This document shows, piece by piece, positions 28,584 to 38,032 of a DNA stretch of 64,000 nucleotides. Source of the stretch: Candidatus Latescibacterota bacterium (GTDB taxonomy: Bacteria; Latescibacterota; UBA2968; UBA8231); the NCBI GenBank assembly GCA_965261395.1, contig OZ253462.1, forward strand, positions 2,592,001-2,656,000, in the 5' to 3' direction. Each line of letters opens with the position of its first letter. The stretch's first letter is position 1. A program made the translations under genes and the position numbers. The notes beneath the pieces are model-generated. The model did no database searches. It was given only the letters and a program-made list of their open reading frames with translations, and had not been told where the DNA came from.

Positions 28584-29639
28584 ATGCCCAAAACAAATAG
28601 AGGCTGGTCCATGGGCCGCCAGTGCAAACCGGCTGCTGAATACGACATGCGCGTCGCCCGCGGCTTGTTGCAACGAGAAAGCGCCGGCTGGCCAGCGTAT
28701 GCGATTGTGACCACGCCCAGCGCGTACGCAGCCGCCAAGGCCCACCTCGTACGCGAGCCAGAGGGCGTAGTCTTTGCCGAGTGGCTGGACTCGGCGCATC
28801 AGCAGGACCTCAGCGACCGGCTGCCAGCCGGGATCGAGTTGGTCATCGGCTTGGGCGGCGGCAAGGCCCTCGACGCTTCCAAGTTCGTGGCCCTCGACAA
28901 GGACGCCGAGCTGATCTTGGTGCCGACGATTCTCTCTTCCGGGGCGATCATCCACAGCCACGTAGCGCGGTGGGACGGCTATCAGACCGTGGGCGGTTTG
29001 GACGACTGGCCGTGGGTGGATTGCCAATACGTGCTCGTGGACGTCGATGTGGTCCTCGAGGCACCAGATTACCTGCACACCGCCGGGCTAGGCGACATCC
29101 TTTGCAGCCATGCGGGGCTGGAGGAGTGGCGGCAGCGGGCTGAGTTGGGGCAAGGGGCGGCGTTCGACCCGGCGCTGGCGGCACAGCAGGTGGCCCAGCA
29201 CGAATCAATCGCCAGTTCTTTTGCCGCAACGCTGGATCCCAACGGGCGGATGACGGAAGCGAGTGTGGCCAACATCGCGCAGCGGATTAAGGAGCGCGAT
29301 AGTCAGCATTTGAAGGCCCCCACAGCAAGCGGCGATCATCCGTTCTGGATCGCGTTGGAGACGGCCAACCAACAAACTTGGATCCACGGCGAGCTAGTGG
29401 CCCTGGGGGCGATGATCATCGCGTGGTGCTGCGCGGGGGATACCGCGGGGTTGGCGCAGCGGCTGGATTGTTGTCGGGTGCGCTGGCGGCCTAGGCAAAT
29501 GGGTCTGGAGCGCGTGGCACTACAAAAGGGGCTGGCGTTTGCGCCGCGCTACATGGCGGAGAAGGGCGTCAACTCGGTGCTGCGAGAGCCGATTGAAGGG
29601 GCGCGGTTCGACGCGTTGTGGAGCTTTCTAGAAGCATAG
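28584..29639 (+). CDS. Glycerol-1-phosphate dehydrogenase-like protein (DHQ synthase/Fe-ADH superfamily)
   Basis: GLGGGKALDASK, VPTILS, AGLGDIL, SGDH and IHGELVALG motifs. The start may be downstream (28610 or 28647). Confidence 0.75.
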   Translation: MPKTNRGWSMGRQCKPAAEYDMRVARGLLQRESAGWPAYAIVTTPSAYAAAKAHLVREPEGVVFAEWLDSAHQQDLSDRLPAGIELVIGLGGGKALDASKFVALDKDAELILVPTILSSGAIIHSHVARWDGYQTVGGLDDWPWVDCQYVLVDVDVVLEAPDYLHTAGLGDILCSHAGLEEWRQRAELGQGAAFDPALAAQQVAQHESIASSFAATLDPNGRMTEASVANIAQRIKERDSQHLKAPTASGDHPFWIALETANQQTWIHGELVALGAMIIAWCCAGDTAGLAQRLDCCRVRWRPRQMGLERVALQKGLAFAPRYMAEKGVNSVLREPIEGARFDALWSFLEA

Positions 29640-29720
29640 GGCCAGCTCTTCGGCGATAAAAAATAGCCCCTACCGCAGCCTTCGCGGCAAGGGCCAAATG
29701 CAGCGCGCAATCCCTGCGTC

Positions 29721-32174
29721 CTAGATGTGCAGCCAATAGTTGAACTTCACCAAGAAAATATTGGTCCCCTCGTCCACCAAGCTGCGCCGCAGGTTGTACC
29801 CGGGGCGAAACGCGCCCAAGTCGGAGTCGTCGTGGCGGAACTGCGACCAGACGATGAACAGGGTACTACCCGGCTTGTACTCCCAACGCAGCACGGCGTT
29901 GCTGTGCAGCGAGCGGTTGCGGAAATCAGGGTTTTCCTCTGGGCCGGGATGTGCGACAAACGAGTAGGAGAGCGGTCGATCCAGCTCCTTGAAGTTGGCG
30001 TACTGGCCCGCACTAATAAAAGGCTGGACATAAAACTCCAAGCTCAAGTCGCGGCTGAAGAGGATGTTGGCCCGCGTCGTCAGATCGAGGGTTTGGTTGT
30101 CTAGCTCCCCGTACACGAATTGATCGTCTTCGCCGTCGGCGTTCGCATCGAAGTTTTCGACCCATTGGGCATCGCTGAAACCCCAGCTATAGCGCGGCCG
30201 CAGGCTGATCTCAAACCGCGAAGTAGGCCGGATGCGGATGCTGCCGGAGACCTCGCGGTGGGTGCTGCCGGCCGAGTTGCCCTCCCACTCGTACTCGACC
30301 CAGCCGCTGACCATGAAGCGGTCGTCGCTTTCCAACTCAATCTCAAAGCCGTCGCTTGCCGGCCTCGCGATTAGGGGGCCGCCGCGGGTGTCGAGGTCGT
30401 CAAAGGACCGCCACATGTGGGAGTAGTCGATGTGGACCCACCAGTAGTTTTTGAGCTGATGGTGGGTGTTGAAGTCAAAGCCGTTTTGCAGGCTGGTGCG
30501 GTCGAAGTTCCACGTGCCCCAGCGATTGAAGTTGTAGAAATTGCGGCGGAAGATGGCCCAGTCTTCTTCCTTGCGCAGTTGGATCCAGAGCCAGGGGTTG
30601 TAGAAGTCGCTGCGCCATTGGAAGCCAAGGTCGTCGATCTCGAAATGCCGCGAATAGGCCTCCCACCAAAGCTCGCCGCGCAACCAGCCGCTGTCCTTGC
30701 TCAAAACCGCCATATTGCCCAAACCGCCGCGGCGCTGGTCATCTACCGTGGCGCGGCTGCCGGCGAGCTGGCCCCAAAAGGTGTAGCCGTTGTCGCGCCA
30801 CTTGAGGGTCCAATCCACGCCGCCAGTATAGGCGCCTCGCGCGCGGTCGCGCTGCACGGCCGTGCCCAAGAGGCCGATGTGCGAGTTGCCGGTAAAGAGA
30901 TCCTGCTTGACGCGACCGACGAGGAAGTGGGTGCGCGGCTCAACGAGAAAGTCGCTGCGCTCTTGGAATTCCTCGCCGGACACCTCGCGCACCATGGTCG
31001 TCCCAATGCGCGCGTACTCCTTGGCGGTAAGCGCCGTCAGCAGGCCAAAGGTGGTCTTAGACGCGGTCTTGCCCGTCAGCTTAGCCGCGCCCAGAATGGT
31101 AGTGGACTCGCTCTCGTTGAGGGCATCGTGGCCGTCGGGCAGCGAGTGATAGCCGGGCTGGCGGCCGATGCGCCGCGAGTAGAACAGGTCAATTGGAGTG
31201 TCGAAGGTCTCGCCATCCTCCACGAAGAAGGGACGACGCTCTTCCTGGAACGTCTCAAAGACCGAGAGGTTGAGTTCGGCCGGGTCGGCTTCCACTTGGC
31301 CGAAATCCGGGTTGAGCGTGGCGTTGAGCGAGGTGCTCGACGACAGCCCGTAGCGCAAGTCCGCGCCGGCATTGCCGAATAATTCACGCGCATCCGCATA
31401 GGTAGAACGTCCTACCGAGTAGGGCAACAGCTCCAGCGCGCGCGTAGATTCGATGTCCGCTAAGCCCTCTAAATGGGCAAAGCGCGAGACCGAGCCGCTT
31501 TCCTTGCGCGGAACCATGACCCAGAAATCCTGTTCCTTCTTGCGGCTGATGTAGCGGGCGACATTGATGCCCCAGTCCCCGCCGCTGCTAAAGCGGAGGT
31601 TGTGGAACGGGATCGCAAACTCCACGCTCCATCCCTTGTCGCCGATGATATGCGCGGATTCCCACACGCCGTTCCAAGTGTCGTTGTCCCAACCATAATC
31701 CTTGATTACAGCGTCGTAGATCGACCCGCCGGCATACACCGCAAAGTCGTAGCCCGTCTGGTGGTCGTGATGCGTGTCTAAGCTGACTCGAATCCAATCG
31801 GCTTCGGTCCACTGGTCGCGGCGCACCAAGCGCGAGACGATCTTTTCGGGTGCCGAATCGTAGGCCATGATCCCCACGTAGAGCGCCTCGTCGTCGTACG
31901 CCAACTGTACGGTGGTCTTTTCACTCGCTGGCTGCCCCTCCACAGGCTCGCGCTGGACGAAGCCCGTAAAGGTCGGGGCCTGCTGCCACACTAGGTCGTC
32001 GAGCGCGCCGTCGATCTGCGGACGGGTGCCTTCTAAGCGCACGGCGCCGAGTGTGCGCTCGGGCGCTTGGTGGGCGTGCAGAACGCGAGGGCCGAGGACC
32101 GCACAGGCCACCGATCCCAAGCAATACAGCCAGTTGATCAGCCGAGAGCATACTTCTGTCTTGCGGTTTTGCAT
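29721..32174 (-). CDS. CBM9-like + DUF5916 outer-membrane beta-barrel protein
   Basis: IDG.LDD..W, YDDEALY, NPDFGQVEAD, ERRPFFVE, LFYSRRIG, LRWEYKPGS and a C-terminal aromatic strand. Confidence 0.9.
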   Translation of the reverse strand: MQNRKTEVCSRLINWLYCLGSVACAVLGPRVLHAHQAPERTLGAVRLEGTRPQIDGALDDLVWQQAPTFTGFVQREPVEGQPASEKTTVQLAYDDEALYVGIMAYDSAPEKIVSRLVRRDQWTEADWIRVSLDTHHDHQTGYDFAVYAGGSIYDAVIKDYGWDNDTWNGVWESAHIIGDKGWSVEFAIPFHNLRFSSGGDWGINVARYISRKKEQDFWVMVPRKESGSVSRFAHLEGLADIESTRALELLPYSVGRSTYADARELFGNAGADLRYGLSSSTSLNATLNPDFGQVEADPAELNLSVFETFQEERRPFFVEDGETFDTPIDLFYSRRIGRQPGYHSLPDGHDALNESESTTILGAAKLTGKTASKTTFGLLTALTAKEYARIGTTMVREVSGEEFQERSDFLVEPRTHFLVGRVKQDLFTGNSHIGLLGTAVQRDRARGAYTGGVDWTLKWRDNGYTFWGQLAGSRATVDDQRRGGLGNMAVLSKDSGWLRGELWWEAYSRHFEIDDLGFQWRSDFYNPWLWIQLRKEEDWAIFRRNFYNFNRWGTWNFDRTSLQNGFDFNTHHQLKNYWWVHIDYSHMWRSFDDLDTRGGPLIARPASDGFEIELESDDRFMVSGWVEYEWEGNSAGSTHREVSGSIRIRPTSRFEISLRPRYSWGFSDAQWVENFDANADGEDDQFVYGELDNQTLDLTTRANILFSRDLSLEFYVQPFISAGQYANFKELDRPLSYSFVAHPGPEENPDFRNRSLHSNAVLRWEYKPGSTLFIVWSQFRHDDSDLGAFRPGYNLRRSLVDEGTNIFLVKFNYWLHI

Positions 32175-32211
32175 GTTTTTTTCTGTGTCCTAAGTCGAGG
32201 GGGTTGATATT

Positions 32212-32243
32212 CCTGGGGCAGTGGTGGCTGCCACTGCCCCAGG
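32212..32243. promoter_or_regulatory. Perfect 13-bp GC-rich hairpin upstream of the DUF5916 gene
   Basis: cctggggcagtgg-tggctg-ccactgccccagg, with no U-tract. Confidence 0.6.
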
Positions 32244-32278
32244 TCGGTTTCGCAATGCCACTGCGCGTCAAAGAGCCA

Positions 32279-32611
32279 TTAGCTGAGGAAGCGCAGGAGC
32301 GGTATCATCGCGAATACAAAGAGGCTGATGATCGTGTACATCAGTCCTTGGTTGATGATCTCGCGTCGCATAGTGTGGTTGCTCCTTGCGATGAGGTCCT
32401 TGGGTGGCTTGGTGAATGTCGCGCAGACCCGCTGCCGTCCGCCCGGTGTGGGCGACAGCGTCCCGCTGTCTAGGCTGCGCCGCAAAGCGGCGAAGCGCTG
32501 TCGCGCGTCGATGACCCGGCCGGCCCTGGTCGCAACGCGCATTTTGGCACCGCCGTGGGCAAAGGCCCGAGGGGCGGTGTTGAAGTGTCGTGTTTTCTCG
32601 TTGGTCTTCAT
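32279..32611 (-). CDS. Small basic protein with C-terminal transmembrane helix
   Basis: ATG with a purine-rich upstream region and a hydrophobic C-terminus (LMYTIISLFVFAMIPLL). No recognisable family. Confidence 0.45.
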   Translation of the reverse strand: MKTNEKTRHFNTAPRAFAHGGAKMRVATRAGRVIDARQRFAALRRSLDSGTLSPTPGGRQRVCATFTKPPKDLIARSNHTMRREIINQGLMYTIISLFVFAMIPLLRFLS

Positions 32612-32637
32612 TTTTCGCTTCCGCTGTTCTGCTTTTT

Positions 32638-32661
32638 AGTACTGAACAAACGTTCAGCACT
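32638..32661. promoter_or_regulatory. Palindromic operator-like site
   Basis: AGTACTGAAC-aaac-GTTCAGCACT (one mismatch), 11 bp downstream of a minus-strand TTGACA (32673-32678). Confidence 0.6.
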
Positions 32662-32688
32662 AACTAATACAATGTCAAGCATTTTCAC

Positions 32689-32735
32689 AAAAAAAGAGGC
32701 CGCAGCGCGTTGTCATTTTCGCGCCACGGCCTCTT
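32689..32735 (-). terminator. Intrinsic terminator
   Basis: Minus strand aagaggccgtggcgcg-loop-cgcgctgcggcctctt running into a T7 tract. Confidence 0.8.
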
Positions 32736-32764
32736 GCCACGTTGAGCTCTTGCAAAGAAGAGCT

Positions 32765-32914
32765 TCAGTCGGGGACAGAGCCCCGTCCCCTCGGCGCGAA
32801 TTGGGTCTTTTCGAGTTGCACATCGGCAGCTAGACAGGTGCACCCACCATATATATTTTCCCCGGCGGCTATGCGCAGCGTCCCGCGCATGTCGAAGCGA
32901 TGTATACCTATCAT
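32765..32914 (-). CDS. Unlisted 49-aa small ORF
   Basis: AGGAGG RBS 6 nt before the ATG. MIGIHRFDMRGTLRIAAGENIYGGCTCLAADVQLEKTQFAPRGRGSVPD* has TTGACA upstream (about 33000-33005) and hairpins plus a terminator downstream. Confidence 0.5.
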   Translation of the reverse strand: MIGIHRFDMRGTLRIAAGENIYGGCTCLAADVQLEKTQFAPRGRGSVPD

Positions 32915-33071
32915 TTTCATCCTCCTGTGGGCGCTCTTAAAAGCGTCGTGGAGTCTGCCGTTTGCCCTATAAATCTAGTTACGAGGGGGCGTAAAACAGT
33001 GTCAAGGGAATGCAAAAAAAATTTCAAAAAAAGCGGCGCGGGATTAAATCAGGCGCTAGGAGGTCGCGCAA

Positions 33072-33974
33072 TCAGAGGCCGATCCAATAGAGCAGAATCG
33101 ACAGCCCGAGCGGGCTCCACAAAGTCGAGCCGATGAGAATGCCGCCGAGCAGATCGGGGCGCGCGTCAAAGCGGACGGTCAGGATGAGGGCATTGATGGC
33201 CGTAGGCAGGCAGGAGCACAGCAGCAGCACGTCGCGCACCGCGCCCTGCGCGCCGATAAGCAGCGTCAAGCTGATGCCAATCGCCGGCCCCAACAAAACC
33301 TTGGCACCAATGCCGCCGTACAGGGCGACCGAGCTGCGGCCGCGGATGGGGATGCGCGAGACTTGGACTCCGAGGAGAATGATGGCGAGGATCGGGCCAG
33401 CTCTGCCGATCAGATCGGCCGCGTCGAGAACGGAGTCCGGGATCGGTACGGCAAGAGCATTGACGGCCAAGGCCAAGGCCGCGGCATAAATCAGCGGCAG
33501 CTTGAAAATGCTCTTGAACGCTTGCAGCGGACTTTGCCGCCCTCCTGCGGCGATGTAGGTGCCGAGCGACGCGGCCAGAACATTGCCGTACACAAAGAGC
33601 AGCATGACGATCGCCAGCGCCTCGTCGCCAAAGGCGAAGAGCACGACGGGAACGCCATACGAGGCGATGTTGACCGTGGGGAGGGAGAGGGTGACCGCGC
33701 TGCGAGTGGGTTTGTCCCAGCCAGCGAGATGAGCCACGAGCGCAATGACGGGCATGCTGACCAGGTACATCCCAACCTGCCAAGCGAAGGCTTGGGCGGC
33801 CGCCGCACCGGTGACCGGGTGGCGCACCAGCGCCGAAAACATCAAGAAGGGAAGGCAGATGTATATGGCTACATCGGCCAAGGGGGCGGGGTCAATGGAG
33901 CGCCGCCGCCCCAACAGATAGCCGCAACCGATGAGCAGGAAAAGCGGGGCAATGACGTCGAGCAGAAAGGCCAT
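33072..33974 (-). CDS. AEC (auxin efflux carrier) family transporter
   Basis: About 10 TM helices, NIASYGVPV, PLIYA and PTAIN motifs. Confidence 0.9.
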   Translation of the reverse strand: MAFLLDVIAPLFLLIGCGYLLGRRRSIDPAPLADVAIYICLPFLMFSALVRHPVTGAAAAQAFAWQVGMYLVSMPVIALVAHLAGWDKPTRSAVTLSLPTVNIASYGVPVVLFAFGDEALAIVMLLFVYGNVLAASLGTYIAAGGRQSPLQAFKSIFKLPLIYAAALALAVNALAVPIPDSVLDAADLIGRAGPILAIILLGVQVSRIPIRGRSSVALYGGIGAKVLLGPAIGISLTLLIGAQGAVRDVLLLCSCLPTAINALILTVRFDARPDLLGGILIGSTLWSPLGLSILLYWIGL

Positions 33975-34010
33975 TACCGCAAAAGGCGGCAGGCGTGGGC
34001 AGGGCCGATG

Positions 34011-35084
34011 TTACACCTGCTCTTCCCGGCCCGAAGCGGCCGAGCGGTACGCTGCGTCGAGCATTTCCACCCCGCGCATGGCCGCTTCGCCCGGGGTCCA
34101 GTTGACGTCGGTTTTGCCCAAGATCAGGTCGGCAAAGTTGTTGGGCGGACCATCGCACTCGTAGGCCCCCGCGTCCTCGGCGACCGCCTCGACGACGTGT
34201 TGGCCGTCGTGGCGGCGCAGGTGCATGCGGGCGCGCTCGCAATCAATGAGCAGCATGCCCTCCGAGCCGAACAGGCGCAGATCGACCTGAAAGGTCTGGT
34301 CTGTGGGCACGGTACCAGCACCGCTGACCGTGCCGACGGCCCCCGAAGTAAAGCGCACCGTCAGCGCGTCGTACAGCTCAACCTCGGCCCCGGGCGCGCT
34401 CATGGCGGCAAAGACGCGCTCGGCGCGCAGGCCGGACAGCCAAAACAGCAGCCCCGAGGAGTGCGATATTTGCGCGTGGGCGTAGCCGCCGTCGGCTATG
34501 GCGGGATCGGCCCAAGTGGAAGGCGTGGGGCCGAAGAGGCTGGCACTGTCCTGCCCGGAAATGTCCGAGACATCCACCTCTTCCCCCGAAAGCAGGGCGC
34601 GGATCGGCGAGGCCATGTGGCAGAGCGCGAATTCGATCTCGCCGATGGCTTGGTCGTCCATCAGCGCCTTGGCCCGCTGGATAAAAGGCTTGTGGTGCCA
34701 GCCATAGGGCACGAGCAGGTGACGGTCCCGCGCGGCGGCGAGGCGCACCAATTCGCGCGCGGCGGCAGCGCGGGTAGTCAGGGGTTTTTCGCACATCACG
34801 TGCAGACCCGCCTCCAAAGCGGCGCGCGCGTGTTCGTGGTGCAGGGTGTGCGGCGAGGCTACGACGACTCCGTCGAGTTCGCAGTGGGCCAATAGCTCTC
34901 GGTAGTCCTGGGTGGCAAACGCGAATCCGAAGTGGTCCCGCACCTGCTCTAGCTCGGTCTGGCCCAAGCGGCAGACGGCCGTCAGTTCGACGTCGTCGCG
35001 GGCGGCAAAAACGGGCATGTGGTTGCTGGTGGCCCACCAGCCAGCGCCGATAAATCCCAGGCGCACTTTGTCTTGGGTACTCAT
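34011..35084 (-). CDS. Gfo/Idh/MocA oxidoreductase
   Basis: GFIGAG and HVMCEKP motifs, with an AGGAG RBS before MSTQDK. Confidence 0.92.
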   Translation of the reverse strand: MSTQDKVRLGFIGAGWWATSNHMPVFAARDDVELTAVCRLGQTELEQVRDHFGFAFATQDYRELLAHCELDGVVVASPHTLHHEHARAALEAGLHVMCEKPLTTRAAAARELVRLAAARDRHLLVPYGWHHKPFIQRAKALMDDQAIGEIEFALCHMASPIRALLSGEEVDVSDISGQDSASLFGPTPSTWADPAIADGGYAHAQISHSSGLLFWLSGLRAERVFAAMSAPGAEVELYDALTVRFTSGAVGTVSGAGTVPTDQTFQVDLRLFGSEGMLLIDCERARMHLRRHDGQHVVEAVAEDAGAYECDGPPNNFADLILGKTDVNWTPGEAAMRGVEMLDAAYRSAASGREEQV

Positions 35085-35380
35085 GGGCGATTGCTCCTTG
35101 GTTGGAGCGGCTAATGTAGGAGCGAGCGATTGGCGGATCAAGTGCAATGGTACCTGATGTTGTGCACAGCGAAGCGGAGTCGAAACATCTCATCCCTACG
35201 TGGCCTGTGAGTAACATCACAAATTAATTTGCCCACCGGCTTATTTTTTTCCTTTAATTATCTGACTTACGCACGAGTCCCTTATCGACGATTGACGCCT
35301 GACCATTCGCACGTCTGCCTTAGCTATCGCTCTAACTTTCATATCCCTATTATACCTCTCATCCACAAGGAAGGAAGGAA

Positions 35381-36136
35381 ATGGCTGCCCCTATAGCGCT
35401 TCAGCTCTACACGGTCCGCGACGCCCTCGCTCGCAACTTCAAGTCCGTGGTCACCCGGATTGCCGAGATAGGGTACGTAGGAGTCGAGACAGCCGGATTC
35501 CCCGGCATCGGAGTAGATGAAGCCAGCGACCTATTTGCCGATCTGGGGTTAGACGTATGCAGCATGCATACGCAACTGCCCTTGGGCAAACAAAAAAACC
35601 AAGTCATCGAACTGGCCCTCGAGTTGGAAGCCACCCGCATAGTGTCTTCCACGCCGCGCGATGCCTTCGCCAGCGCAGACGCGCTCAAGGCGCTTTGCGA
35701 CCGCTGGAACCAAGCCGCCGAGATCGCCGCCGAGAATGGATTGGAACTGGGCCTGCACAACCACTGGTGGGAGTTCCAAGAAGTGGAAGGGCGTCCGGGC
35801 TTCGAGCACCTAGTCGACGCGCTCGACGAGTCCATCTTCTTTCAGGTAGATACCTATTGGGTCAATACCGGCGGCGGCGACTCGGTGCAGGTCGTCGAGG
35901 CGTTGGGCGAGCGCGCGCCGCTTCTGCACATCAAAGACGGCCCGTGCGACCCCGCGCAGGACATGCTCGCCGTCGGCGAGGGAGCCATGGATTTCCCGCC
36001 CATTATCGAGGCCAGCCACGGTACCTGCGACTGGCTGATCGTCGAGTTGGACCGCTGTGCGACCGATATGATGGAAGCCGTAGAAAAGAGTTATCAATAC
36101 CTCGTTGGCAACGAGCTGGCGCGCGGTGCCAGATAA
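35381..36136 (+). CDS. Sugar phosphate isomerase/epimerase (AP endonuclease 2 TIM barrel)
   Basis: LQLYTVR, HNH.WEF, DTYW, LHIKD and IVELD motifs. Confidence 0.9.
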   Translation: MAAPIALQLYTVRDALARNFKSVVTRIAEIGYVGVETAGFPGIGVDEASDLFADLGLDVCSMHTQLPLGKQKNQVIELALELEATRIVSSTPRDAFASADALKALCDRWNQAAEIAAENGLELGLHNHWWEFQEVEGRPGFEHLVDALDESIFFQVDTYWVNTGGGDSVQVVEALGERAPLLHIKDGPCDPAQDMLAVGEGAMDFPPIIEASHGTCDWLIVELDRCATDMMEAVEKSYQYLVGNELARGAR

Positions 36137-36151
36137 CGCAAAAGGAGCGTC

Positions 36152-36802
36152 ATGGCAAAGAAAGCAATTATGGTTTGGGGCGGCTGGGAGGGGCATGAGC
36201 CCAAGCAGTGCGTCGATATTTTCGCGCCCATTTTAGAACAAGAAGGGTTTGCGGTAACTCTTTCGGACACCCTCGACGCGTACAAAGACCGCGACCTAAT
36301 GGCCGAGCAGGATCTCATAGTGCCAGCGTGGACGATGGGCCAGATTGAAGGAGAGCAGGAACAAGGGCTGCTCGCGGCTGTTGATCGCGGTGCCGGTGTA
36401 GCGGGCTGGCACGGCTGCATGGCCGATTCGTTCCGCAACAATACTACCTATCAATTCATGGTCGGCGGCCAGTTTGTCGCCCATCCAGACGGCATCATCG
36501 ACTACACGGTCAACATCGCGGCCCCAGATGACCCCATCGTCGCCGGCCTAGACGACTTTCAAATGCACTCCGAGCAGTACTACATGCACACCGACCCAGG
36601 CAATCAAGTGCTCGCCACCACGACTCTAGAGGGCCGCCAGAGTGCGTCTTGGGTCAACGGGACGGTCATGCCGGTGGTGTGGAAGCGCGCGTGGGGAGCG
36701 GGTCGGGTATTCTATTCGTCCCTAGGCCACGTAGCGCGAGATTTCGACGTGCCCGAAGCGCGTGAAATCCAGCGACGCGGCATGCTATGGGCCAGCCGCT
36801 GA
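36152..36802 (+). CDS. ThuA-like (class I glutamine amidotransferase-fold) protein
   Basis: [22 protein letters not shown] and [10 protein letters not shown] motifs. Confidence 0.9.
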   Translation: MAKKAIMVWGGWEGHEPKQCVDIFAPILEQEGFAVTLSDTLDAYKDRDLMAEQDLIVPAWTMGQIEGEQEQGLLAAVDRGAGVAGWHGCMADSFRNNTTYQFMVGGQFVAHPDGIIDYTVNIAAPDDPIVAGLDDFQMHSEQYYMHTDPGNQVLATTTLEGRQSASWVNGTVMPVVWKRAWGAGRVFYSSLGHVARDFDVPEAREIQRRGMLWASR

Positions 36803-36814
36803 GGGGGTCGCGCT

Positions 36815-36934
36815 ATGAAGTTCCGCAAAAGCCTCCCCTCGCAGGCGTGTCTCTTTTGGAGCCTCGGGCTGGCGGTGGGCCTCCTCTTGGTCGTTCTGAC
36901 GTGGTGGCTTGTAAACCGGCTGTCTGAGGAGTGA
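36815..36934 (+). CDS. Unlisted 39-aa single-pass membrane protein
   Basis: MKFRKSLPSQACLFWSLGLAVGLLLVVLTWWLVNRLSEE*, with a GAGGGGG RBS and TGATG coupling to the next gene. Confidence 0.55.
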   Translation: MKFRKSLPSQACLFWSLGLAVGLLLVVLTWWLVNRLSEE

Positions 36935-37656
36935 TGGGTCGCAAGAAAGTGCTAATTACAGGGGCGGCCGGCCGCATTGGCGAAGTATTACACCAAGGGC
37001 TGCGGGAGTGCTGCGACCTGCGGCTGCTGTATCACCGCACGGTGCGGGAGGCCGCCGCAGGCGAGGAGGTCGCCCGCGGCAGTGTTGCCGATCTAGCCAC
37101 TATGGCCGCCGCAGTCGCCGGCGTCGATGCGGTAGTCCACCTCGCCGGCGACCCAGAAGTTAGTGCCACCTGGGAGTCGGTACTCGAAAAGAACATCCAA
37201 GGCGTATACTGCACGTATGAAGCCTGCAAAAACGCCGGCGTCAAACGGGTCGTCTTCGCCAGCACCAATCACGTGACCGGCTTTTACGAGCAAGAAGGGA
37301 TGTACACCACGCCGGAGATGCCCGTGCGGCCCGACAGCCTGTACGGAGCTAGTAAGGCATTCGGAGAAAGTCTGGGACGCTACTATGTAGATCGCTATGG
37401 TTTGGAGGTCGTATGCCTGCGCATCGGCTCGTTCCAGCCGGATTCGGCGGTCGTCGAGCGCCGAAGCGACCGAATTCTCTCCACCTGGCTGAGCCACCGC
37501 GACTGCGTGCATCTCGTGCAGCGCTCCATTGAGGCCGACGTGCGCTACGGAATCTACTACGGAATCTCGGGCAATACCCGCGCCTACTGGGACCTCCAAA
37601 ACGCCCGTCGAGAACTTGGCTACACCCCCCAAGACAACTCCGAGCACTTGGTCTAA
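36934..37656 (+). CDS. NAD-dependent epimerase/uronate dehydrogenase-like protein
   Basis: ITGAAGRIG, ASTNH, YGASK, LRIGS and WLSHRD motifs. Confidence 0.9.
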   Translation: MGRKKVLITGAAGRIGEVLHQGLRECCDLRLLYHRTVREAAAGEEVARGSVADLATMAAAVAGVDAVVHLAGDPEVSATWESVLEKNIQGVYCTYEACKNAGVKRVVFASTNHVTGFYEQEGMYTTPEMPVRPDSLYGASKAFGESLGRYYVDRYGLEVVCLRIGSFQPDSAVVERRSDRILSTWLSHRDCVHLVQRSIEADVRYGIYYGISGNTRAYWDLQNARRELGYTPQDNSEHLV

Positions 37657-37698
37657 GTGGATAGTGGATAGCATCTAACCGCTATCCACTATTCGCTT
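37657..37698. repeat. Heptamer-repeat inverted repeat between convergent genes (possible terminator)
   Basis: gtggata gtggata gc ... gc tatccac tattcgc. Confidence 0.6.
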
Positions 37699-37849
37699 TT
37701 CTTTCTCAATCCCCGCCAAAAATATTCCAGCAGACGCAAACATATACGGACTACGTCCCGCAGGATATATAGCCCCAAACAGACGCCGAAGAAGGAGGCG
37801 ACTCGCGGGTCGAAGGCTAGTTCGACGATGCGGTCGAGTAGGGCGGGGA

Positions 37850-38032
37850 TCACGTTGTATCCACCTGCTCATAGCAGGGACAGGCGCGCACCGGTAGGCG
37901 GGGATATTGGTCCAAGCGCGGGTCGGTGGCAGCGCGGCGACACAGATAGAACACCGAGCCGCGCCCGGACTCTACGGGGCGTACGTGACGGCAGCGGGCG
38001 CACAAGCCGATTTCAGGCGGCAATTCTACCAA
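37850..38032 (-). CDS. Small Cys-rich (putative Zn-binding) protein
   Basis: GLCARC..GSVFYLC..YPRLPVRAC..Y, overlapping the purM stop. Confidence 0.7.
   Translation of the reverse strand: MVELPPEIGLCARCRHVRPVESGRGSVFYLCRRAATDPRLDQYPRLPVRACPCYEQVDTT

Noticed and set aside
33363-34895. 510-aa plus-strand ORF (also 10276-11547, 30417-31382, 3064-3930 and similar)
   Set aside because: These are antisense shadows of well-supported genes in GC-rich DNA and carry no motifs.
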